Of a stretch of DNA of 64,000 nt, positions 42,601-54,672 are shown piece after piece. The DNA comes from Phoronis australis. Taxonomy: Eukaryota; Animalia; Phoronida. Every line of letters begins with the position of its first letter. Positions within the stretch are counted from its first letter, which is position 1. A model generated the notes under the pieces. That model made no database searches, was not told the DNA's origin, and worked only from the letters and a program-made list of their open reading frames with translations. The stretch covers positions 64,256 through 128,255 of the forward strand of contig NMRA01000631.1 in NCBI GenBank assembly GCA_002633005.1. The letters run 5' to 3'. A program made the translations under genes and the position numbers.

Positions 42601-45600
42601 TTTTGGATGGAATCGAGGTATTTTGCACCACCTAGTGGCCATTTTTGCTGTTTTCAAATCTTGTTTTTGTGTCCACCCCTGTATCAACCAAATCATTTGA
42701 AAATTGGCATATATGTTCTCAGTGTGAAGACGACCTTTGATGATGGTGACTGACTACTGTGGCGCCTCGTAGTGGTAGTTTTGTTTTGCGCCCATAGTTG
42801 TATCTCCTAAAGCCACTGCAGGATCTTTACTAAATTTAGTAAGTGTATTTATATGAAGATAACGAGAGACGACGACGACGATTTCAGGCGGATCCAACGG
42901 ACAATGTGCCCACTAGTTGGCAATTTCATTTTATTCTGTTTTCCTTTGTTTCTCTGAAGTTCCTTGACAGATTTTTATGAAATATGGCATGTTCCTGTTT
43001 TTGGATGGATTGTATGTTTTTGCGCCATCTAGTGGCCATTTTTATGATACAAATAAATAACCCTAAAAGCACACCATTTGCAATGCATTTGTGGGTGCAT
43101 TTGAATGCTCCACGTTGCTCTTGTTGCTGTTGAAACTAATTTTTAAGTGTCACTTAGTTTTTAAACATAGTGGCTTGGATCTTCCTGCTAGTTACTTTCT
43201 AGTTTGATTCTATATGCCTGCGGGATTGAAAACTTAGTCTCATAGTAGATTTTGTAGACATTATGCAGAAGACATTTTATTGAGCGCTCTTAGGTTTTTG
43301 TCTCTGTTTTATCCACAAGCTAGAGCTTGTCTCTTTTGTTTTAGAATGTACTTTCATAACTTCGCATGCTAGAGAGATACCTTAATACGGGCATTCACTC
43401 CACTTGGCATGACTTACAGGGTGAATGCAAAGTAGTTTGGTATTGAAAAGCATCCCATCAAGTCACATGACTGTGCACATTAGATCCGTTGTGTCTACAA
43501 GTCTCTTACCTAGAACAGTGAATGAAAGCTGAGGTGCCTTCTGTACACTCAAGTCTTACATAGAACAGTGAATGAAAGCTGAGGTACCTTCTGTACACTC
43601 AAGAATCTCATGACAACACAAGATCATGAAAGACTGTAAGATCATGTGAACAGAATGCACGCACTAGCAAAATGGCCTCCACTGAAGTCATTAGTAAGTG
43701 CAGTTGGAATTGGGAATTATAGGATAGTACTAACTTTAAGTGCATCATGGGTGACTTATGTTTATGGAATGTACCCAAGTTGTTTTTATTTTGTACGCAG
43801 AGAATAATAGAAGGCAAGCTGCATTCATAAAGAGAACAAATAAATTTTTCAAGTTCATGGTAACACTTAAAGCAAGTTTTCAGAGGCAAACCAACAACAC
43901 TGCACATTTTGATATTACACGAAACAAATAGCCTATTTTCTTATGCATTTTAGAAGTGCCACAAAAATGGCAAAAGGAGTGTTGTCGTTCCCAAGGCCGC
44001 AGCGTCCACAGACAGTCAGTGGTTTGCAGTTGTCACTTACGCAGTGTCTGGGTGAGTCAACCTTGCATATCGGACTCTTTCAAATTTACTTTATCATGAG
44101 ATGTTTAAAGCGTGTTTTTATAACTCATTGAATAGTCAATTTTCCCTGAATTTGACTCATTCTCTGTCAAGTTTGATGATTGAGGTTCCTTCTTGCACAC
44201 TCTTGTGGTCTCTTGCACAACTTATACATTTTACGCAATATTCACGGCATGTAATTGTGATGAAAGCTTAGCAAAAATGCAGTTCTCCTGAATTGCATTC
44301 CATAAGTGACTACACATCTCAAATTACATCCCATAACTTTCCACACATGAGTTGAGAAAAAATACTCATCTCTTTAATTACCTCCCATGAGTTACTACAT
44401 ATCAGTTGAGAGAAAGTACTTGTCTCTTAAATTACTCCCGTAAGTTACGAATCATCTGCTTGTAAATTTCATCACATAAGTTATTCAACATTAACTGGTA
44501 TTTAAGTGTAACAATATAAGCCCATTAAAGGACTGATGTTTCTTTGGGGCTGTCCATGTTAAATTTGCATATAAGAGGGAAGAGATTTAAAACATATGAG
44601 AGAATTTTAAGAAACAACAGTGACTGGTTGCCTGGTGACAGTTTCAGTTGTTTTCTCCTGGTGGTATGTTGAAGTTGTTCTATTTCACAGTGGAGACATG
44701 ATGAAGTAGGTATATAGAGGTGGAGCCTACAGTGTGATGTCCATGTTGTCAGTTTGAGGATAGTTGGATTTGTCAGTTTGGTGCAACCAGCTGCCGTTCC
44801 ATTGTGGAAGTCTCATTAAATGCTTTAAGTCACCTAGTACCAGCAGCCTAGTAAATCCATTTAGTAGTCGCAGAACAAGTGCACTATTGACAAGCCATGA
44901 TTTCCAACTTATTGAATTCTTTCTTAGCAAAAATGATTTGTCAGTTCTTTAGTTCAGAAATCATTTTTGAGCAAGGTGCAAGATTCAACTTAAAAGACCT
45001 CATTTGTAGAAGTGACGGATCTCATTCCAAAGCTGGTGGAGGCTGGTGCATTGGGATTTTAATGGTAAGGTTGGCTAGCAACTTATGATAGAGCAGTGTT
45101 TGAGATAACCTCTTTCTGTTTGCAGCTATGTCCTGGAGTGTCCACGTTGTGGGGTCATCTACAGAAGTAGACAGCACTGGTACGGTAACAAGGACCCAGA
45201 GGAAGGCATTGTAATACCAGAGATACAACATGTTTGGCCAGGGGTATGTCACATACCGAGTCTTTCAATGGTCCAAGGGTTAAAATAGATTTTTGTAATT
45301 TAACAATTATGTGTGCCAGACTTGTCAATTTGTTATCTGGCATTTGACAAATGTCCTTCACTGTTAATCCACTTTGGTTTGGAACTCTTTTTTACATGCA
45401 AGATTTTTACAAAATCTGCTTAAGAAACACAAAAATTGTAGTGATAGATTTGTGAATATGATATAACTAACTGCGTAACACAGTAGCTTGTAAAAATCTT
45501 CTTTATGGAATAGCACCATCACTAATCAGAAAATGCAGTGCTATTTTTACATTTTCTCAATTTTATTGTTCATTGTGCTGATCTGATATTGTGTCTTTTG

Positions 45601-47984
45601 TCCTTAGAAAAATACTGTCCTCCAAGGGACTCATAATGCTGCACGACGAGTGATTGACGGCTTCAACTATGTGTCTGAGGCCGTGTCTAGTGTCAGTGCC
45701 AAACCCACACGGGCACTGGGGAAGTTGATTGCCGACAAAATGGTCAATCCATCATACTGGGTGCCAAATGCTGAAATTCATGTATGTTTGATTGTGTAAA
45801 TCATCAACTGATATACAGCATTGGCATAATTTTATCTCGCGCAAATTTTTTTTTTGTACGCCATTGATGTTCACATCTTTTTGTTCATCCTTTCTGCATC
45901 AGTTAATTGTCTGTCGTTACTTGAATGAGTTCTTCACAAATTGCTTGATAGTTTCTGATGAGATCTGAGACAGAATTGTGCAGGTTGAAGGGCTAATTCG
46001 AGACAGATTGCACTACTATAGCAGTCTCTGTTGTTTTTTATTTTCAACATTGTCTGGACTAGAAGACTAAAATGTGGTCTTGGTTTTGTGGGATTTTGAC
46101 CGTTTTCGTCTGAATTAGATAAAGTTTCCATATTCAGATTTTGATGTCTGTGGTGTTTAAGTCTTAAAGCATTTCCACTGTAGTTGTCAGTAATCCATCC
46201 TCAGCTTTGCCATGTTCTACTTCTGCAGGAGTGCCATGCCTGTAAGACAACCTTCACACACGATGACACCATTCATCATTGTCGAGCCTGTGGAAAGGGA
46301 GTGTGTGACATTTGTTCCAGTCACAGGCGACCTGTACCAGAGAGGGGCTGGGGCACGGAGCCTGTTCGAGTTTGTGATGTGTGCTACAAAAGCAGCGAGA
46401 TGATTGGTGAGTGACTTTGAATTGAGATTGTAGTCATTTTGCTCGATTTGGTTTAGATTTTTTTTTTCATCAGGTGGACTTCTTATTTAAAACTAGCAAG
46501 CTTGGTAGAAAGCGTTATGAGTACACCTGAGCAGTTCTAGTAGCTCTTGTTAAAATTAATGTCATTAAAAATTACAATACCTTATTTGAGTTGACAAATT
46601 TGGTGACTGGCAAGAAAACAATATCGTTAGTCTGTTGTCGTGCAGTTGTCATCAGATGTGCTACATTTGGACAAACTGGGAGGACCGCAAAGTTGCGGCA
46701 AACTGAAAAAGCAGTCTTAGCTTATTTCTACAGGTTTGAACCTGCTTCAATTCTGAACTGATTTGCTTAAATATACTTTTTGGCAGAAATTGTACCTTTA
46801 ACATAATTAGGGTTTTGGTCAAGCTATTACAAAACATACCTGTCTACCCAGTGAAAGAAAAACCTTGTGGTTGCCTACCCATCAATCATTACTTATTGAA
46901 GACTTTTGATGGTTTCATGACACCAACATCGCTATACAATGCATGATGTGCAATAATCTGAAACCTTCACTGAAATCCTGTATTTCAGTCTTTGCAATGG
47001 CACCTCAAGAGATACTAGCCATTGTGTATTGTGGTTCAAAACACTTGACTTATTTAATTAATGAACAATTTTTTGCTTTCAGAATCTACTGGCAGTGATA
47101 CTAGTGAGAATCGCGTTTCCACTCGCCTGGTGACTGAAACCCTCACAAGTGCCTTGGGAAAAGTTGCTATGGCAATTGATTACCCTTTAGGTAAGGCAGT
47201 GCCATGTAACTTTTAACCATATGCTCATTAATTAGTAAAACATCAAAGTACATGAAGCCATATGATCAAGGTTGCTAGTCATCCTTTAGTCAATTTCTTT
47301 ATTAGCATTTCATTATGGTTTATTACATCAACAGTTCTGTTTACAAGTGTTTTAAACAATGTCAAAGTGGGATCATTCACAAGTATGACCATTTTACAAG
47401 TGGACAAATGTTAGAAATATATCCCCACCCCCCACCCCCCAAAAAAATATGCTTTTATAGGCCAGTATATATACTGATGTTTGCCTTCACTCTGTTGTGG
47501 TAACATGGAACAAATATTTTCATATAATCCATGACATGCTTTTGTTTTGGAGGGGCACTTTGTAAGCACTGTATTTGTCTTTTCACATCGCCGATGTTAA
47601 CAACATCAAAAGCGTACACTTGCGGCAAGCCTCCACCTATCTCTCCCTGATGAGCTTATTTTGAACACTTTAATGTGAAAATGGTAATAATTGTGAACTG
47701 TCCCTTACAAGTTGCTGTTCATGTTGTGACAAAGACATCCAATGTTTTCAGAGGTTATCAAAGACTCAGCCAGACCTGCGTACTGGCTGCCAGATGATCA
47801 GATAACTCACTGTTGTTGCTGCAATGAGGAGTTTTGCCCTAAAATTCAGATACATCACTGTCGTGCATGTGGTCAGGGTGTCTGTGATAGCTGCTCACCG
47901 CATCGACGACCGGTGCCCTCTAGGGGCTGGGATTACGATGTGCGCATCTGTAAAAATTGCAATAAAATGAAAGGAAAGTTATAA
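36666..47984 (+). CDS. ZFYVE1: Zinc finger FYVE domain-containing protein 1 (DFCP1), about 899 aa
   Basis: 11 phase-consistent exons (2700 nt): 36666-37526, 38250-38751, 39077-39294, 39683-39780, 40580-40691, 43954-44051, 45126-45243, 45608-45781, 46229-46406, 47083-47190, 47752-47984. N-terminal B-box-like Zn modules, P-loop [38 protein letters not shown], and two FYVE domains (HHCRACG). Confidence 0.96.
37992..38085. repeat. (GT)n imperfect microsatellite
   Basis: Directly visible GT/GC runs. Confidence 0.85.
41403..43125 (+). mobile_element. Full-length HINE/DINE-1-like element with central array of ~145-bp monomers bearing CTCF-like motifs
   Basis: TT|ATGCGCCCAC subTIR inside a 5' palindrome, then a (CCGT)n microsatellite, about 11 monomers in an A-B-C higher-order pattern, 3' subTIR GTGGGTGCAT, a short stem-loop and CTTGTT end. 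This is the standard Helentron-associated element layout. Confidence 0.8.
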
Positions 47985-48550
47985 TTACTGGTACTGCTTG
48001 TATTTTCACTTGTAACTCATGAATGTATATAACAAGGAATGGTTTTCTGAATTGGCATACTCTAGGTGTGTTATTAGAAAATATGATTGAGTAATATAAA
48101 TGTTGTTTTTGAACACTGGGACTATAGTCATCCAAACTCCTAGCTGTATTCCTCCTAACACTTGTTAGTGACTTACTCTGTGCCTTGGTCATATATCTCT
48201 TGATGCTCACCCAATCCCACTAACTGAGTTCTATCTCATGGCTTAGCCCGATCGGGCAATTTTTTCTTGGATCATTGATAACTTTCAGTGATTTTTGATG
48301 CTGACATCTGCTCAACACTCCCACCTGGCTAATCACGTGGCTTTTTGCCAATGTGTCAGTTTTTTGTCGCAAACTCATTGGACTGGCATCGAAAGCTTCA
48401 TGTGACCGAGGCACTATTTATTGCGACCCATGCATTGCTTTTGCCTAGGCCACTTCACAAGTCAAAGTAACAAATTGGCTGTTAGTTTAGTAACATGTTG
48501 TTACGTAATTATATAAAAGCTTTTCCATGGGAACACTGTCAAGGGCTTAA

Positions 48551-49626
48551 AGGAGAAGGCTGCCATTTTTAGTTTCATTTTTGGTTAAATTAATTTTCAG
48601 GTGTTCCTAGATAAAGTTTCAACCAAATTTCCCCAGTTCTTAATTAATTATGGATGTGTCATTCTGGAAGTGATGCTGGTGGCCCGATTCATTTCATGTC
48701 AGCTTTGTTTACATACACCTCAACCACTGACATAAAATGTTTCATTGCATAGGTCAGCTTTTAACAAGCTAGACCATTTTTGCCTTTCCTTGAGACTTAT
48801 TTACTACTCCTGAAAGTTGATGCATACTGGTATGCAAGAATCACAAGTTCTCAAGGAATTTAGGAGTTCCATTTCACTGATTTCCAGTGCATTCAAAATC
48901 TGATGGAGTTGGCTTCTTTGTGTCAGGAATGCAGCGTTGCCGGTTCACACCAACTATCACCATCAGATTATGAAAGGGACATGTATGTAGAGATCATACA
49001 GGTCATGCTTAACATGTTCTGAAGAAAGATGCCATACCGTTGGTATTTCCATTCTCTGCTCCATCGCCATCTGATAGGAGTGCTTTTTTGAAATGCGAAG
49101 TGTCGCGAGTTGCAGTCATTGTTAGTGATTCAAGGTCATGAAGTTGATGTCACCTGTGTGGGTGTGTATGAACACTCACTGCAACGTCTAAGGTCAGCAA
49201 ACAGCACAGCTTCACCATCTACGTGATTCATATCTTTGTGGTCACGGATGCCAGCCATTTCCCATCCATTACAGACAAGACAATGGCTAAATCTCTATCA
49301 ACTGAGTTCTTGTTCACTGTAGGATTGTCGGACAATATGCTTATAATTACTGCAATTTTTTGGAGACTATACATTTAGTAAATGTCCACATTGCACAATG
49401 CTGACGGGAATGATTTTGGCTGGGAAGGTCACTTCTGGAGTGCTGCATACAGATTCAACAAAAACACAGGCAATTTAAGTAATTTTGGCTGGGAAGGTCA
49501 CTTCTGGAGTGCTGCGTACAGATTCAACAAAAACACAGGCAATTTAAGTAATTTAATGATTTATGTAGGACAACCAGAAAATTGCAATTTAACGAAAAAT
49601 GACACTAAAATCGGCTACCCTCATCT
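48551..49626. mobile_element. Kolobok-like non-autonomous element with ~65-bp imperfect TIRs
   Basis: Left end TTAA|AGGAGAAGGCTGCCATTTTTAGTTTCATTTTTGGTTAAATT mirrors right end AATTTAACGAAAAATGACACTAAAATCGGCTACCCTCATCT|TTCA. Internal 69-bp tandem duplication at about 49413-49551. Confidence 0.65.
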
Positions 49627-50810
49627 TTCAGTTTGGTTTGAATTATGTGTTGTCTTTCAGTTTATTTTGCTTCATACAATTTAAAAGATCAAGTATTTAT
49701 TAAATAAGTCATGTTGAGGTATGATTTAAATTGTAACAATCGTATAATTAGGAGATATTTTCATAATAAGGTGATAAAACATCTATTTTCTTTTTGTAAT
49801 ATTATGTCCATTATTCTTGAGGACTTGGTAAGTCTCTTGTGAAATATTACAGCATGTTATTTGAAATGGCAAGACCAGGTCAGTCTTTTTCTGTTGCAAA
49901 TGTCGTGGTCCTTTGATTTTCATTTCTACTGACCTTCCATTATGTATTTTCTAAATGTTTGTTATGATGGATTTTAAAATTTTAATTGGAAATAGCATTT
50001 TTTGTGTCTGGACGATTTTTACTTAGCTTGTTATGAAACAATGAAAGATAAGTTGGTAAAAGTAATACAAGGATAAAAAGTTGCTCTCCTACCTCGATTT
50101 ACTCTGTTACAAAAATTCTTTAGATAGATGCATTTTTTATCCTCTGTGTTGTAAAAAAAGCTTATGATTAGAACCCTGAAATTCACAAATATTCGAAAGT
50201 GCAGGAAGTCTGTGATTTTCCATGGGATGAGACAGTGAGACATAGCAACAAAAGCTTCTACTGTGCCATTTAGCTTCTTGTCTGTGATTTGGACAGCTAG
50301 AGGTCAAAAGAACCATCTGTACATCTGGGCCCAGTTGCATAAAAGTTATAGGCCCTATAGCAACAATGACGTCGCATTATCACAGGTTCTTATTGTTGAA
50401 CAGTGCACCTGACGTCATGCAACAATCAAAATTATCCAGTGAATAACTTTTGAAGCTTTATGCAACTCAGCCCAGGTGCTGTCGAAAATTTAGATATACA
50501 TGTAGTGCCTGCACTTTGCTGTAAAAATAAGCATCTTGTATCGAAAATGGTATTTGTTTGTTCTTTCCTTTGTTTCCACACACTTGTATTCGCATTATGA
50601 AGAAACCAGACCACTGCTTGAGCAGTCTTTGGATAACTCTTAAAGTTTTTCAGATTATGTAGGTGTGCACGTTGGTGCATCTGTGTGGCAAACTCTTAGT
50701 TACAGTACATTGGTGTGTGTGCCTACACATAAAGCACCTGAGTAAACTGAGATGTGGAATGTGATGAGGGTTCACCTGTCCCTTACAAATCTGCAGGTGC
50801 TGACTTACTT

Positions 50811-52876
50811 TCAATAGTTAGGCTGATTAAGCGGGAATGGACTCACAAAATCTTTGGACATGTAGACGGGATTGTAGTCTGGGCTTAGGACCTAGTGTTT
50901 GTGTGCGAAAACAGCGTGAAAAATAATTGACAAAACGTATATTTTGGAAGTTAATGCTTGTTCGCGCATTTGGGAATAAGAGATCGGTGTTTCACATAAG
51001 GTCAACTCATTAATCACAAGAACATATACATTTCCTCGTACTTGCAAATATTTCTCTGTTTCCCTCAACCAAATGGTAGGGCCAAAGTAAGTGATGAGGG
51101 GGGGCACGTGCCCCTCCTGGAGTAATCTGTAGCCGTCGAGGTGAAAAGCGGCGACCGGCATTGGTGTAGGACTGGAGGTTGTCTAGAAAAGAAAATCGAA
51201 GCATGTTACAGAGAAAATTGAACAGGACATTTGTGAACTGCTGGTGCTTGTCCCTGGCTAAGACATTTTAATTGTAAAGAAGTACCAATTTTTGAAGGAC
51301 AGATCGTCTAAACGCCTTTGAAAGCGTACTCTTAATTATACATAATTGACTCCGATTTTTAGATTCAAGAACTTGAATATAAAACTACTTTTCCGAGGAG
51401 CCATCTTTCTTTTCCCGTTTTTCTTGAAATTGTATTTCATTTGATATAAATTGAGAACCAGATATAAATTGAGAACCAGATGAGGAGAGGCCCTGGTGGT
51501 GGCAACAGCTGCTGTAAGTTCTGTTTTTGAAATCATGATCTATATTCAGGGACCCTGGCCTAGGAGGGGACCCGGACCTAGGAGGGGACTTGGGCCTAGG
51601 ATGGGACCCGGACCTAGGAGGGTACCCTGGCCTAGGAGGGGACCCGGGCTTAGGAGGGGACCTGGGTCTAGGAAGGGACCCGGACTTAGGAGGGTACCCT
51701 GACCTAGGACGGGACCCGCGTGAATTAGATATCCTTTCCTACTCACAGAGGGAGGCATCATCGATGGAGTTAACTGACGCTCTCCTTGTTTTGTGAAATC
51801 ATACGTTTCAGGGGCGGATCCAGGATTTTGAGTTAGGGGGGACCGAGGCAGAGTATTAGACAGGATTTTGCCAGTCAGACTTTTGCACCCCTTGGGCCCC
51901 CTCTAAATCCGCCACTGTATTTTATATAGGCTAAGAAAGGTCCCCTTTTGGAGGGTCACTTCATGAAGGATTTAACTGTCATTCTTTTCCAGTTCTTTAA
52001 TCATATGACCTTTTGTAATAAGGAGCCCCCTTTCAGACAGGGCGGCTCAGGGTAATATGTACCTTTGACACCCTATAAATCCGGCGCTGTCAACTATTCA
52101 CGAAGAGACGCATAAGTAGAAAAAGTTCCAAATGGTCATGGGATCTGCAGCATCATCACCACACGCGGCTCAAACAACCAACAAAATGTAAGATTGTCTC
52201 AAAAACAACAATAGCACTGACCGCCATCTGAGGATTGAAGTTTGAATAACTTGAAAACAATTACTTGTGAATTACACCAAAATAGTATTCTCCATGGTTT
52301 TAGACGATAAAAACATCGATGCTTTTCCCGAAAGAAATTCAAGGACGATTTTTTAATGATCGCTGATCAAAAAGCATTGTATGAAGACGGAGTTGTTTAT
52401 AGGATAGGCTTACTCGTCGCCTTATCGATCATTGGGAATTTTTGATGTCGTAGTACAGCTTTGCAGGTCTAGGTGCTCAAGGTACATACACTGGCAACCG
52501 CGAACATAAAATTCTGCCGTTTTTGGAGAGCAAGTTTACTTTATCGGAATGAAACAGATTTCACATTGACACGAATAAATTCTTGGGAGAACCCCCCCCC
52601 CCCCGGCGTTGTGCACCATCTTTACTCTTCCGGTTGCCGCCAAGTATCTATACGCATGCCATCGGTAATATTCTAAATTTACATACAGTAAATCACTGAC
52701 TTGAAAAAGGTCTACTACTAATTAACAACCTCCAGATTGGTCAAAAGGAGCGCTGTGTGAGTCGTTGTGTGTAGGTCGATCTAATAAGGGACCTTTCTTG
52801 TGAAATTTTGTTGAATCACGCGCAGGAACTCAGGTTTCTGGCAGTTGCCTACCCGCCTCAAATCGGTAAAATCCAT
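50811..52876 (-). CDS. Candidate small three-exon orphan gene (81 aa)
   Basis: Exons 52853-52876 (MDFTDLRR|gtaggc), 51042-51182 (strong acceptor ttttcttttctag; TTSSPTPMPVAAFHLDGYRLLQEGHVPPLITYFGPTIWLRETEKYLQ|gtacga), 50811-50891 (VLSPDYNPVYMSKDFVSPFPLNQPNY*). All joins are phase 0. ACTTCCG motif about 45 nt upstream of the ATG. No homolog recognised. Confidence 0.35.
51549..51717. repeat. 18-bp GC-rich minisatellite (about 9 copies)
   Basis: Unit approximately GGGACCCGGACCTAGGAG. Confidence 0.9.
51829..51917. mobile_element. Short MITE-like element
   Basis: CAGGGGCGGATCCAGG ... CTAAATCCGCCACTG terminal inverted repeats. Confidence 0.5.
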
Positions 52877-54479
52877 GACAATGACAGGAAGGGTGCGAAA
52901 TTAGTGGCGACCAAGAAGTGCGGAAGTTGTGGGAAAAGGGGGTTCTGGAACTTGGATCCGCGGGTCGGAGTTTGGCAAAAATTCTGAGAAGCTGAAAATT
53001 AGTTTGGGCCAAGTCAACTTATGTCCAGGCGATATATATTAACGACGTCACCATGTGATACAGGATTTTTCAGTTACCAAATTAAGCTTTATTTTGAAAG
53101 CGAGCCGACCCCAAAAATGTTCAAGAGACCTGGAACGCGAAAAAACAAATTAAATTGCATTATTCAAAGATTTTCCCTGCCACGGAAATAGAATTCAACA
53201 TCCCGTGACCAGCTTTTTTACTGTTTGTTCGTTAAGATTATGAATTTCTGTTGAACGCAAAGCATTTTTTTAGTTTCAAAAATATCAAAAACCCATCTGT
53301 TAACTGTTTGTCACTTCGTAGACTTTTCATAAGTGGGAGGAGAAGATTAGAAACTCGGTGACGACAACAGGTAGGGTTTTTCCTTCGCACGTATTTCAAA
53401 AATCTTGAATTTTCTGATTTTTTTCAGAAATTTCCTCACGGCGGAAAGTGAATAACTCTGTAGTAGACGTCGCGAGTTCGTCAGGAGTTGTTTAAAAGAA
53501 TATTTTAACGAGATTCTGCATTGCATGCCTCTTTAATAAATATTTAAATAATTTGTTAAATCGGCAGCATTGGCCCCGTTCCGTACTTAGTCATCATATA
53601 TTATTGTAACAAAGGAGCGAAATCGAATTTTCCATATGACGACGTTAGTGTATTTTTGCCCAAATCGATCGCAGTCCTCACTGAGTAAGCCTTTTGCAAC
53701 CAATAATTGTAGTTTCCGATAAAATATTTCGAGATGAAACACGTCCCATCTGGAAAATAAGCTGGTGGCCTGAGTCGGAAAAACGGCCGCCCATGACTCG
53801 GCGTCAGTCACGAGTCGGTCCCCGGCCGGCGATATCATCGGCTGCCAAAGTGGCTGGTTTTTCATGCGTGTCTCACAGGCCGCCTAGAGTGCAGGTAAAA
53901 CGAACATTTCATGTTTGCGGTACTTTGGTGGGCCACTTTTCCAGTTGCAGGCCGGATTAGCTAGTCCACGCTTCACATAGTTGCCGATTGCACCGGCGGC
54001 CGGGCGCCGAGGCCGGTAATCAGTGACGCCAGCCGGAACTTGGCCGCTCCGGCCGGGCCCTACAGTGACTTGAGAATGATAAAATAAACTATACCCGAAG
54101 GAAACCACTTTTATACTGAGGATGCTCTGATTACATGTAAACCTAGCGAAAATATGTCAAAATGAACGTAATGCGAGAGAGCTAAGGTTTGGCACGGTCA
54201 TGTAGCGTTATTCAGTTTGTCAGGGTACGGTTAGTATACTTGCAAACATATTACTGTACATAATATACACTAGTTGTTTATACATAATTATTGTTATTTT
54301 GTCGGTTAATGGCACTTGTGCGAAGTGACTGTGGGGATAGCATGATTAATAATTGGCAGTGAAAGGGAAACTGGGGCATGGATCAAAGGAAATCCTGGAA
54401 AAGACATTAGATAAGCTGATCAACAGGGAAATGTGCAGGAGATACAACTTTTATGACTAATGTTCACAACTATGTGTGT

Positions 54480-54672
54480 TGAACTCCGGCCCGCCGGGGA
54501 TTGCACCGGCGTCCCGCGTTATAATTAGGCCTATAGTCGGCAAACCGTGCGCATCGTTGAGAAACTTTTTTGATACCTAAATGTTTTCGGCGGCAGGTGT
54601 CGCTGTGTAAACGGGTAATGATGACGTAGTTCACACTAGTTGCGAGTTTTAAGCACAGGAGACTGGACAAGA
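54480..54672 (+). promoter_or_regulatory. Probable BCKDHA promoter
   Basis: CpG-rich stretch directly upstream of the ATG, with CRE-like ATGACGTA near 54621. Confidence 0.45.

Noticed and set aside
51496-51796. Gly/Pro/Arg repeat ORFs resembling collagen
   Set aside because: Translations of an 18-bp minisatellite, open in several frames on both strands.
53540-54130. CpG-rich block with short ORFs
   Set aside because: Probably a DNA transposon relic or promoter sequence; I could not find termini or a recognisable protein.
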